From: a virus
Lineage: Duplodnaviria; Caudoviricetes
Length of the DNA stretch: 64,000 nt
Virus record (IMG/VR): IMGVR_UViG_3300014205_000188
Coordinates: 40,079-104,078 of that record
Strand: one strand, 5' to 3'
The notes under the pieces were generated by a model, which had not been told where the DNA came from, did no database searches, and worked only from the letters and a program-made list of their open reading frames with translations. A program made the translations under genes and the position numbers. Each line of letters begins with the position of its first letter. The stretch's first letter is position 1. This document shows positions 1 through 7,594 of this stretch, one piece after another.

Positions 1-129
1 TGGAGGTGGCGTAGTCTCCGTGACTGGGGCCTCGGCTGGAAGAGGAAACGGGTTGGGCGTCTCGGAAAACGCGTGGCCACCAGTTGTCATGGCGAGCATG
101 GTGGCAAACAAGAGGGCAAGGTACTTCAT
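1..129 (-). CDS. Secreted/exported hypothetical protein (N-terminal part; runs off the left edge)
   Basis: Not in the ORF track. ATG at 129 is preceded by AGGAG (138-142). Translation MKYLALLFATMLAMTTGGHAFSETPNPFPLPAEAPVTETTPPP is a signal peptide plus Pro/Thr-rich linker, with no stop before position 1. Confidence 0.75.
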   Translation of the reverse strand, partial: MKYLALLFATMLAMTTGGHAFSETPNPFPLPAEAPVTETTPPP

Positions 130-180
130 ATCGTGGTCTCCTAACTCGGAATGATTGGAATGGGGTGCTAGGGTTGGGGT

Positions 181-495
181 TCAGAACGACCAAGAGAATG
201 AGAGGTTACCGCCATTCGGGGTGACTTGAAGATCAAGCGGAGGGGGCGTCTGGACCAAACTGTCCATCTCACCTTTGGACTGTGTGACGATAAGGTAAAT
301 GAGCCCGGTCACAGCAGCAATCCCCACCATAACGCCGATCACAAGCACCCCATCCACTTCCCCCGCGTCACCCCCTCCACTACCAATGTGACAAGTGTCA
401 CTGTCTTCAATGTATCCGTTGCCACAGGGTTTACCTATGGCCACCGAGGGTGTCATCAGGAGGGTGGCTGCCAGTAGAGCGATGAGAGTCTTCAT
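181..495 (-). CDS. Small exported membrane protein with a Cys pair
   Basis: Signal peptide (MKTLIALLAATLLMTPSVA), KPCGNGYIEDSDTCH, a hydrophobic helix (VLVIGVMVGIAAVTGLIYLIV) and a C-terminal strand ending in Phe. AGGA upstream. Confidence 0.75.
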   Translation of the reverse strand: MKTLIALLAATLLMTPSVAIGKPCGNGYIEDSDTCHIGSGGGDAGEVDGVLVIGVMVGIAAVTGLIYLIVTQSKGEMDSLVQTPPPLDLQVTPNGGNLSFSWSF

Positions 496-519
496 AAAGT
501 TGTCCTATTCTTGATGTTA

Positions 520-834
520 CTAAGCTGCGGGGTTCTGCCAGATCATGAAGTGATCTGCAGATGTCAGGAGGGTCCAGCCCATGTCTTGGAGGGTTTCAGT
601 GGCCCACATGACGTTCACCGGAACGGTTTCCACAAATCCCCTGGAGTCCCTTTCCCACCCGAACGCAATCTCTTGGTCCGATGAAACCATCCGAACGACA
701 CGGATGTTGGTGATAGGACCCGGCCAGTGCTCATGCTCTTGTTCAAGAACCAAGAGCATGGTTCGGAGACCCTCGATCTCTTCGGAGTCTCGGACAAACT
801 GGATGAATGTGTCTTCTGGTTTAACCTTGGCCAT
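520..834 (-). CDS. Hypothetical protein
   Basis: 104 aa, AAGGAG upstream, overlaps the preceding gene in a tightly packed minus-strand run. Confidence 0.7.
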   Translation of the reverse strand: MAKVKPEDTFIQFVRDSEEIEGLRTMLLVLEQEHEHWPGPITNIRVVRMVSSDQEIAFGWERDSRGFVETVPVNVMWATETLQDMGWTLLTSADHFMIWQNPAA

Positions 835-1171
835 GGAGCCACTCCTTTTTGCCCTTGGTCATCTCTTCTGCAAGCAGCCCAAGTTTCAGATCGAATTCCT
901 CAGGGGTCAGCAACCCCAGTTCCCGAAGGTGGCACAGAGCATCCACCCTTAGAAAAGTGGGGGACATGGGGATCTCCACAAGGGGAGGGAGCCTGGGTGT
1001 TTCCTTCCGAGGGGCCTCACTGCGGAGGGCAATGACGAGGAGTCCAAAGACGTTCAGGAAGAATCCCCAGAGGAAACCTTCAAAACCACGACCCTTGTCC
1101 AATCCGACAAGAAAGGAGAGAAGAGTCATAGTAAAGGACTCGAACAGGATGACAACAATTTCCTGGGTCAT
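821..1171 (-). CDS. Membrane protein with C-terminal SHOCT-like domain
   Basis: Two hydrophobic segments around DKGRGFEGFLWGFFL. The C-terminus ALCHLRELGLLTPEEFDLKLGLL matches the SHOCT pattern LxxLxxxGxLTxEEFxxK. Confidence 0.7.
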   Translation of the reverse strand: MTQEIVVILFESFTMTLLSFLVGLDKGRGFEGFLWGFFLNVFGLLVIALRSEAPRKETPRLPPLVEIPMSPTFLRVDALCHLRELGLLTPEEFDLKLGLLAEEMTKGKKEWLHGQG

Positions 1172-1177
1172 GGTTTC

Positions 1178-1435
1178 CTACTCCCCCTTCTTCATGACAC
1201 GGGCAGTCTTGGTCTCCAGGTCAAATTCAACTGTGAGATACTCACCATGTTCGATGAAGTCAGCGGTGCTGTTTGCCAGAGCATTCTCAGCCCCCGTCAT
1301 TAACCCCCAAGTTTCGTCCGGGGAGTCAATGTAGCCATTGTCCGCAAGCCACTTGCGGAACTGAGAGTTGCCCAGGTTGTTCTCAGCAGCGTAGACGAGT
1401 GCGTCTGGGGACTTGAACGTGATCTGGATCTTCAT
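1178..1435 (-). CDS. Hypothetical protein, paralog of 1432-1695
   Basis: Start moved to ATG 1435 (ATGA overlap with the upstream stop, GGAGAAGG upstream, N-terminus aligns with the paralog). Confidence 0.8.
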   Translation of the reverse strand: MKIQITFKSPDALVYAAENNLGNSQFRKWLADNGYIDSPDETWGLMTGAENALANSTADFIEHGEYLTVEFDLETKTARVMKKGE

Positions 1436-1695
1436 GCCTTCTCCCTCCACGGGATGACCTGACCCGTTTTGGCCTCCAGGTCGAATTCCACCGTAATGAA
1501 TTCACCACTCTTCACAAGGTCCGAGAGGGCTTCTTCTAGCCCTTGTTCAGCCAAACGCCGGCTACCCTCGCGCCCCGTCTTGGGTCCCGCCCAGTCATGA
1601 TCCACAAGCCACTGCTGAAAGTTGGCATCCCCGAGGTAATCTTCGGCGGCGTAGAAGAGAACATCTGGCGTCTTGAAACGGGCACGGATTTTCAT
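1432..1695 (-). CDS. Hypothetical protein, paralog of 1178-1435
   Basis: 87 aa. Shares MKI..FK.PD.L.YAAE and GE..TVEFDLE.KT with its neighbour. ATGA overlaps at both ends. Confidence 0.8.
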   Translation of the reverse strand: MKIRARFKTPDVLFYAAEDYLGDANFQQWLVDHDWAGPKTGREGSRRLAEQGLEEALSDLVKSGEFITVEFDLEAKTGQVIPWREKA

Positions 1696-2228
1696 GGCTT
1701 GTCTCCTTGCTCAGCAAGGCTCTTGGCCAACCAGTGGGCCTTGCGCACCGCACGTCGGCGAGCCAGCTCCTGTTCGGCGACATTCAAAAGTGCCAAGTCC
1801 CGGGCCCTCCCCCACGCAGAGTTGGATGTCATGCGTGCCCGAAACATGGCCCCCAGCTCTCGGTGGGTCATGAGGGGACCCACGTGGGTCAGCCAGAGGC
1901 TGGCGAAATCCGGGTGCTCCGTTCCGAATGGAAAACCGGGGCTCATGCTTAACCAAGCCTTACGGGCGTATGCCCTACGGTCCAGACGCCCCAATTCTGC
2001 TCGTGCCGCAGCCACGAGCGGGTCGGAGACCTCTCGGGCCGCGTCGTAAGCTCGACAGGCCGCCTGATGCTCCTCGAGCGTGCCCCGATCCATCACATAA
2101 CTCCGCATGTACCAGAGCGTATGGCTCTGGTGGGAAGCCTTACCGGCCACCTGCATGAGGCGGCTACAGTGTCGGCGTTCTCGGCGAGTTGAGGCGGGCG
2201 GAAGTGGTAGCATAGGGGTGTCCTCCAT
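1692..2228 (-). CDS. Hypothetical Arg/Ala-rich helical protein
   Basis: 178 aa, fills the gap in the minus-strand run, stop coupled to the next start. Exact start uncertain. Confidence 0.6.
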   Translation of the reverse strand: MEDTPMLPLPPASTRRERRHCSRLMQVAGKASHQSHTLWYMRSYVMDRGTLEEHQAACRAYDAAREVSDPLVAAARAELGRLDRRAYARKAWLSMSPGFPFGTEHPDFASLWLTHVGPLMTHRELGAMFRARMTSNSAWGRARDLALLNVAEQELARRRAVRKAHWLAKSLAEQGDKP

Positions 2229-2285
2229 GGTTTGCCCCTAGGCTACTCAAGGTTCTCTGAGGATGATCTTGTAAAGGGAGGCTCT

Positions 2286-2660
2286 TTAGTCCTCGACGCG
2301 ACGCCAGCCTTCTGGGGTGTACTCCCGTTGGCGGCGTACCTCCCAGATGCCGGGCTCCAGCACGAGGGGTGCGTGGGTGTCGTAGTCCCGGTGGTGCACC
2401 ACCTCGATAGGCTCCCCACACTCCAGGTAGGAGATCAGCGGGTCGTTGCTGACGAACCGGCAGATCAGCACCTCACCGTTGGCAAGGTCTTCAGCCAGAG
2501 CTTCCGGCTTAAACACGCCCGCAATGTGGTGATGGCCCGTTTCCGAATGGGCTACGATGTGTTCCTTGGCCCTTACGACGGTGAGCCCCTCCGGGAGGTC
2601 GGGGATGCGACGAAAAAGTACGTCACCTTGGGCACCGGGGAGGTCTTTGATTCTTGTCAT
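2286..2660 (-). CDS. His-rich protein of the family usually encoded next to DUF6745 genes
   Basis: Motifs QGDVLF, HSETGHHH, HHRDYDTH.PLVLEPG.WEVRRQREY.P...R.V.D. ATGA-coupled to the 877-aa gene. Confidence 0.75.
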   Translation of the reverse strand: MTRIKDLPGAQGDVLFRRIPDLPEGLTVVRAKEHIVAHSETGHHHIAGVFKPEALAEDLANGEVLICRFVSNDPLISYLECGEPIEVVHHRDYDTHAPLVLEPGIWEVRRQREYTPEGWRRVED

Positions 2661-5290
2661 GTTCTCACTTCCAGTTTGAAGTCTTCAGGGTTGAGTCCAT
2701 ACGTCCAGGCATTGGCTTCCAGTGCGGTTAGCATCTCAGGAGGCACGGGGAGCACAAAAGTTCTCCCCGTGCCACACAGTACACGGAGGAACTGGGAGTT
2801 TGGGGCATCGGGCAAGTCTACTCGAAGCAGGGTCCCGATCATAGGGTCGGGGTCTTGATTCACTACAAGGGGTTGCAGGTGATTGATGATGGCCGCCCAT
2901 CCCAGCATTTCAGCAGCGGCTCGCCTTTGTTCCACATTGGGGTGGGTGAGGGCCACTTCTGGTGTCAGGGTCGTGGGGTCAAGAACCCATTCATTGGGGA
3001 TCCGGGTGCCGTGCCATGTGGCAACGCCCGATCCATCAGGGTAGCGGATAGCCAGCCCATCCCGGCGGTGATAGCGTCCGTCCTCATCTTTGTGGGCTTC
3101 TTGCGGCCTCTCACTGAGAATGCAAACCCCGTCGTAGGGCCACCACCAACCGGAGTTGAAGGCCACTTGGAGCATCCCGTCAGGGTTGGTGCCCGTGTAT
3201 TCGGCTCCTAGGATTTTCCTGACAAACTGCCAATAGCCCAACCAGTAGAGGTCGTGTTGACCAAAGCAGGCATTCTTGATCTGGTTTTTTAGCTGTTCAC
3301 TATCTTGGGTGAGCGCTTGGAGTTTCTCCCACACTTGGAGTCCCGCTCTTCTGCCCTTGAACAGGCTTAAGAGTTGGTCGTAAACTGGGTTGGAAATTTG
3401 ACGCCTGAGCTGCTCCAGCTGATCCCGAAGGTTTTTTGTGGCCTTGCCACTGAGGGGCTCACCAATTGGGTCTGTCAACGCTCCTTCTACGAGCCTTCTT
3501 CTAGGGGCCCCGTTCTCTGAGCGCCATAAAGACATCCATAGGTTTTCTCTGATGTGTTCCTCAACACCTTCACTCATTTGCGGGATTAGTGGCTTGGCTA
3601 AGCTGTTCCAGAGGGAACGACCCAATTGCCCCTCTAATGAATCCCCGACTGTGCCTTCCCCGAGCCACCCCTTGTCCAGTACGAGTTGTCTGAATAGTTC
3701 GAAAGAAGGCGCGTTTTCCTCCCCCACAAATCCTGAGTCACGTCCACGAGAGTAGGAGAATTGGGGATACAGTTGCTCTAAGAATTGATGGAGGATACCT
3801 TTTTGAAGTGGCGCATGAAGAGATTCCCCGATCTGGTCAACATCCCTCGAGAGCTGCTCTTGTATTACGAGTTCTCTCTCCCGTTCAAGGTCATGTGCCT
3901 CTCGCATGGGATTCCCCATGGAGGTTATCAGAACCTCCCGCAATTCCTCGCCTAGTTGCTTTGACAGGGCACCCACAACTTGAAACCAGAGGGTTTCCCC
4001 CATTTGACCTTGTAGGGGTTCCCCGATTGATTTCCCTACAAGGGGAGCATCCCTGAGCAGCGCCAGAGGAGACCATGCTTTTAGGACATCCTGTGACTGG
4101 CTCGGATCAGAGGCAATCTCCTCCCAGAGCTGCGACATCAGTGGGCTGTTAAGATGAGAGGGGTCCCTCATTCTGGCGACAAGATCAATCCGAAGTTCCT
4201 GCCCAAGGTCATCGGCGAGGGACTCACCAATCTGATCCGTCATCAGATTGAGAAGAGCATTGTCATTCGTAAAGATCCCAATGAGTTTCTTTTTCACGTC
4301 ATCCGTAATCTGCCCCCACAGTTGACGTTGGTCGGCGAGTTTTGCCCAGGTAACGGGAGCGATTGGTTCCCCCACCCCAAGGATCTGTTCCTCAACCAGA
4401 TCCTGCTGAGTGTCGTCCAGGGGTAAGGTCAACCAGAATTCCAGAAGGATCTTGTCGACCATGGGTCCGATCTGGTCCTTGAGCTGAAGCACCGCTTGAT
4501 CCCAGACCTCCTGCCGCATTTGAGGGCGAAGGGAGTCACCCTGTTGATCCAGGAGGATCTCGAGAGCCTCCTCCCTACCGGGGGCAATTGCGAAACCAGC
4601 GTGGAGAGCCTCATCCACTGCACGCCCCAGTTGCAACCCCATCAGATTCAGCCAATCGTTGATGGCATCTCCTAGGGGGTGGGCGAGGGGTTCCCCCAGA
4701 GTCTCCTGCATCAGGGTTCGGGTACGAATCAAGTCCTGAGCGAGTGGAGTACTCAGCTTGATACTGGAGCCGTACTTGTTGCGCCAGTCGCGGAGTTGCG
4801 ATAAAAGATCTGCAATCACCACTCGCGGAAGCAGGTCAAGGACTGACTCTCCTAGGGCATCCTCCCCCAGGTCGCCTGCTAGTGCCTCCTTTGTGGCATT
4901 GTGCATAAGGCGCCAAGAGGTGGACAAGGCATTCCGCAGAAGGCGCCAGTCGGTCGACAACCTCTTGGGTGCATGATCTAGAACCTTGTCCAGTTGGTTA
5001 GATGCCTGATCCGAAATAGGGGCAAGATCCCCAACTGGGTCTTGCTCCGCCTGCTCCTTGAGGATCGTGCCCAGTTGGCTCACCAGCAAACTGAGTATAC
5101 ACCCCTCCTGAGGACTTCTTGCCCACAGGATCACCTTGGGTGGTTCTTTACCAATGGCCCGATAGGCCGCAGCCACACCCGCCTCAGCCTCTTTCCTGTT
5201 GGCTGGTTGGGTGGACTGGCCGGCTTCCAGCAGCAACTTCTGCCAGTGCGGGATCAGGGCTTCTTGCCAGGGCTCTAATTTCTCAATCAT
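2657..5290 (-). CDS. DUF6745-like protein with a long central helical repeat region
   Basis: N-terminal STQPANRKEAEAGV..AY...G..PP..ILWARSP. C-terminal GQHD..WLGYW, GWWWPYDGVCILSERP, GRYHRRDGLAIRYPDG, WHG, NVEQRR and LRVLCGTGRTFVLPVPP..ANAWTYG, recognised as the DUF6745 pattern. Confidence 0.75.
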   Translation of the reverse strand: MIEKLEPWQEALIPHWQKLLLEAGQSTQPANRKEAEAGVAAAYRAIGKEPPKVILWARSPQEGCILSLLVSQLGTILKEQAEQDPVGDLAPISDQASNQLDKVLDHAPKRLSTDWRLLRNALSTSWRLMHNATKEALAGDLGEDALGESVLDLLPRVVIADLLSQLRDWRNKYGSSIKLSTPLAQDLIRTRTLMQETLGEPLAHPLGDAINDWLNLMGLQLGRAVDEALHAGFAIAPGREEALEILLDQQGDSLRPQMRQEVWDQAVLQLKDQIGPMVDKILLEFWLTLPLDDTQQDLVEEQILGVGEPIAPVTWAKLADQRQLWGQITDDVKKKLIGIFTNDNALLNLMTDQIGESLADDLGQELRIDLVARMRDPSHLNSPLMSQLWEEIASDPSQSQDVLKAWSPLALLRDAPLVGKSIGEPLQGQMGETLWFQVVGALSKQLGEELREVLITSMGNPMREAHDLERERELVIQEQLSRDVDQIGESLHAPLQKGILHQFLEQLYPQFSYSRGRDSGFVGEENAPSFELFRQLVLDKGWLGEGTVGDSLEGQLGRSLWNSLAKPLIPQMSEGVEEHIRENLWMSLWRSENGAPRRRLVEGALTDPIGEPLSGKATKNLRDQLEQLRRQISNPVYDQLLSLFKGRRAGLQVWEKLQALTQDSEQLKNQIKNACFGQHDLYWLGYWQFVRKILGAEYTGTNPDGMLQVAFNSGWWWPYDGVCILSERPQEAHKDEDGRYHRRDGLAIRYPDGSGVATWHGTRIPNEWVLDPTTLTPEVALTHPNVEQRRAAAEMLGWAAIINHLQPLVVNQDPDPMIGTLLRVDLPDAPNSQFLRVLCGTGRTFVLPVPPEMLTALEANAWTYGLNPEDFKLEVRT

Positions 5291-5315
5291 AGGAGGGTTC
5301 CTAGGGGACGGAGAG

Positions 5316-5660
5316 TCACACCTTGTTGATGTCTTTCTCTTCCAGAATAATGGTGACAGGGGCTTGGTACGTGCACACGTACTTCCTCACAGCAGGACCT
5401 TGGTCCCCCTTCCAGTCCACACTGGGTTCCCAACGGATGTCTTGGATGGTCAGGACACTGACATTAAGGTTGGGTTGGACCAACTTGACGAGGTCACCCA
5501 CTTTGAGCGGAGATTGAAAGGATTCAGCCTCAGCCTCCGTGTAAACCGACAAGACCTCATCCTCGTCCTCGGTCACGTACACGCCCAAGCGTGTGTCATG
5601 TGCCTTAACGGTCTCAGTGTGCCCATCCGTGTTTACGAACGTGTCTCCCAGATAAAGCAT
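5316..5660 (-). CDS. Hypothetical protein, possibly SH3-like beta-barrel(s)
   Basis: 114 aa. LKVGDLVKLV followed by beta-strands, with a similar LYLGDTFV at the N-terminus. Confidence 0.6.
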   Translation of the reverse strand: MLYLGDTFVNTDGHTETVKAHDTRLGVYVTEDEDEVLSVYTEAEAESFQSPLKVGDLVKLVQPNLNVSVLTIQDIRWEPSVDWKGDQGPAVRKYVCTYQAPVTIILEEKDINKV

Positions 5661-5662
5661 GA

Positions 5663-5992
5663 CTACTTCTTATCGGGCAACAGGGCCCGAAGTTTGGGGG
5701 TTAGGTCATCCAGCAGCCAAGTGACCAATTCTGATGGGGTCCAACCCAGCGTTAGAGCAAAGGCAAGAAGTCGCTCTGACACTTTTTCGTCAAGTTCCAA
5801 GTCCCTTTGAATCAGGATGGCCCTTGAGTCCGGTGGGTCGAAGGGGGCAAAGTAGGTCCCCGGTGCGGGGTAGGGGACGGGTGCTCCCGGATACCACTCA
5901 GGATGAGGTTCAAAAGGGTTACATGGTTGGTCTGACGGTACTTGTCCGGGGACCTGTGGGATGGAGAACGGGGTTACGGTGTTTTCGGCCAT
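5663..5992 (-). CDS. Pro-rich protein with probable C-terminal ribbon-helix-helix DNA-binding domain
   Basis: ATG 5992 has AGGAG five nt upstream (preferred over GTG 6013). RDLELDEKVSERLLAFALTLGWTPSELVTWLLD fits strand-helix-G-x-T-x-S-helix. Confidence 0.55.
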   Translation of the reverse strand: MAENTVTPFSIPQVPGQVPSDQPCNPFEPHPEWYPGAPVPYPAPGTYFAPFDPPDSRAILIQRDLELDEKVSERLLAFALTLGWTPSELVTWLLDDLTPKLRALLPDKK

Positions 5993-6090
5993 GATCTCTC
6001 CTATCGTGGCCACTACTCCAACCCTTTATTTTGGGCTCCTCATTTTTTTGCCTCTAGCTCTCTGTCAGCAGACTTCTACGAGGTGACACC

Positions 6091-6510
6091 ATGACCGATA
6101 AGACCGCTGCCGCTCCTATGTCCATGTACGAGGCACTCACCCCATCCATCTGGAAGATTGCCCGGAAAGTAGCAGAACGTTTGGACTCCTCTTTGGGGAG
6201 CGTCTTCAAGTTGAAGGAAGACTCCTCTGACCTGGGTCAGGCTTGGATTTCTTTCACCCATGAGGATGTGCCCAAGTCCAAGTGGTTTTTGTACCTCAAT
6301 GTGACACTTGCAGAGGATGGCAAATTCTTTGGTACTTTGCAGTCCTTTGTTGATGGGGACCATGATGACGATCTGGGCCTCTACACAGCGTCTCTGGCCC
6401 AAGTTTTTGATGAGCCCTACGGGAGTGTGGCCAAGATGATCTATGACAAGATTGTAGGTGGGGCTAAGCAAGCCATGGCCGAGCACGTTGACGGCGCTGA
6501 TGCTCTATAG
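6091..6510 (+). CDS. Hypothetical protein, first gene of the plus-strand block
   Basis: 139 aa, GAGGTG Shine-Dalgarno. Confidence 0.75.
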   Translation: MTDKTAAAPMSMYEALTPSIWKIARKVAERLDSSLGSVFKLKEDSSDLGQAWISFTHEDVPKSKWFLYLNVTLAEDGKFFGTLQSFVDGDHDDDLGLYTASLAQVFDEPYGSVAKMIYDKIVGGAKQAMAEHVDGADAL

Positions 6511-6523
6511 GTTTTGGCTCCCT

Positions 6524-6540
6524 CGTTACCCCGCCTATAA
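6524..6540 (+). promoter_or_regulatory. Candidate late promoter motif CGTT-N8-TATAA
   Basis: CGTT accccgcc TATAA in the gap before the tube gene. The same spacing occurs in three other gaps. Confidence 0.55.
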
Positions 6541-6584
6541 CGACCGAAGTGTGAAGGAGACTGTGCCCTTCGGCGGAGGAGAGT

Positions 6585-7436
6585 ATGCCCGACTACAAGA
6601 ATCAAGACCTCAACCCCCAGAATGGGGTGGGTGGAACGTCATATATCTATGACCAGGGCGCCTCGGCTGATGGTCTGCGTACCGCAGTCAGCCAGAAAAC
6701 CCGTATTCTCACCCCTCATTACGGAAACAACCAATCACTCCATCAGATGGGCGTTTTGTCCAGTTTCAGCATTGACATGAGTCGAGGCGTGGAATCTGTT
6801 CGGGGTATCGGTTTTGGTGACAAGATTGCCGAGCAAGTACCCGGGGTTATGGACGCGGTGACGGGCAGCATGGAAAGGGCCCTACTCAATGGAGCAAACT
6901 TGTGGGCCTCCACGGGTTATGCCGCGGGTATCGACGGTCCCATGCGAAGCCTTGCACACCAGAAGTGGCCCTTCGACATTGAGTTGCAGCAGGCTTTCTC
7001 CGCCCTCTCCGACGCTGACCTCGGTGCAGCCAATGTGGGCTATGGTGGTCAGGCAGGTACCTTTAGCGGTGGCGCTAAGCAGATCTCTTACCCTCAGACC
7101 ACCAGTTCGGGTTCCAAGGGGTCTCCTTCCTATGACCCCAGTAGCCGGGGTCGGACGGCTCTGCTTACTATTTTGGAGGCATGCTGGTTCACGAGCTATG
7201 GTGTGAACTACGCAAAAGACACTTCCATCATCATGGAAAACGGTGCCTACAGTGCCACTGACATCCATGACTTTGCCAGTGTCTATGGGGAGTTCCTTGC
7301 TACGGGTAACGACCCCACGATTGGTCAGCTGGGTTCGATGCGCTTTGCCGAAAGTGGCTACAAGATTGGCCCCGCGGGTACTGGATTTAGCGGTGGCGGA
7401 ACCGTTTCCAGTTTTGCCCAAGTAACTGCGCAGTAA
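6585..7436 (+). CDS. Putative tail tube protein
   Basis: Tube-like pattern G.LSSFS..MSR.VE.VRGIG...E.VPG...ERALL...PFDI...LEACWFTSY...IIME. Sits before the chaperones and tape measure. GGAGGAG upstream. Confidence 0.7.
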   Translation: MPDYKNQDLNPQNGVGGTSYIYDQGASADGLRTAVSQKTRILTPHYGNNQSLHQMGVLSSFSIDMSRGVESVRGIGFGDKIAEQVPGVMDAVTGSMERALLNGANLWASTGYAAGIDGPMRSLAHQKWPFDIELQQAFSALSDADLGAANVGYGGQAGTFSGGAKQISYPQTTSSGSKGSPSYDPSSRGRTALLTILEACWFTSYGVNYAKDTSIIMENGAYSATDIHDFASVYGEFLATGNDPTIGQLGSMRFAESGYKIGPAGTGFSGGGTVSSFAQVTAQ

Positions 7437-7479
7437 CAACCAACTAGAAAGTCCTCAGGCAGTGGTATAGTCTAAGGGG

Positions 7480-7507
7480 TTGCCCCCGATGGCCTGACGG
7501 GTAAAAT
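7480..7507 (+). promoter_or_regulatory. Possible sigma70-type promoter
   Basis: TTGCCC (7480-7485)-N16-TAAAAT (7502-7507). An extended -10-like TGGTATAGT also lies at 7463-7471. Confidence 0.35.
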
Positions 7508-7513
7508 GAAGCA

Positions 7514-7540
7514 GCCCCGGGGTGTCTATCACCTCGGGGC
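7514..7540 (+). other. GC-rich stem-loop in the intergenic leader
   Basis: GCCCCGGGGTG-tctat-CACCTCGGGGC, an 11-bp stem with one G-U pair and no following U tract. Confidence 0.65.
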
Positions 7541-7594
7541 GCCGTGCATGTGGCCATCTGACTCTTTCCCACCCTGTAGGGCCTGGAGAGCACA

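Noticed and set aside
2240-6020. GAGTAG shared upstream of two minus-strand genes as an early promoter
   Set aside because: Only two instances, with no consistent second box.
7514-7540. Hairpin as an intrinsic terminator
   Set aside because: No adjacent U-tract on either strand. Kept only as a structural element.
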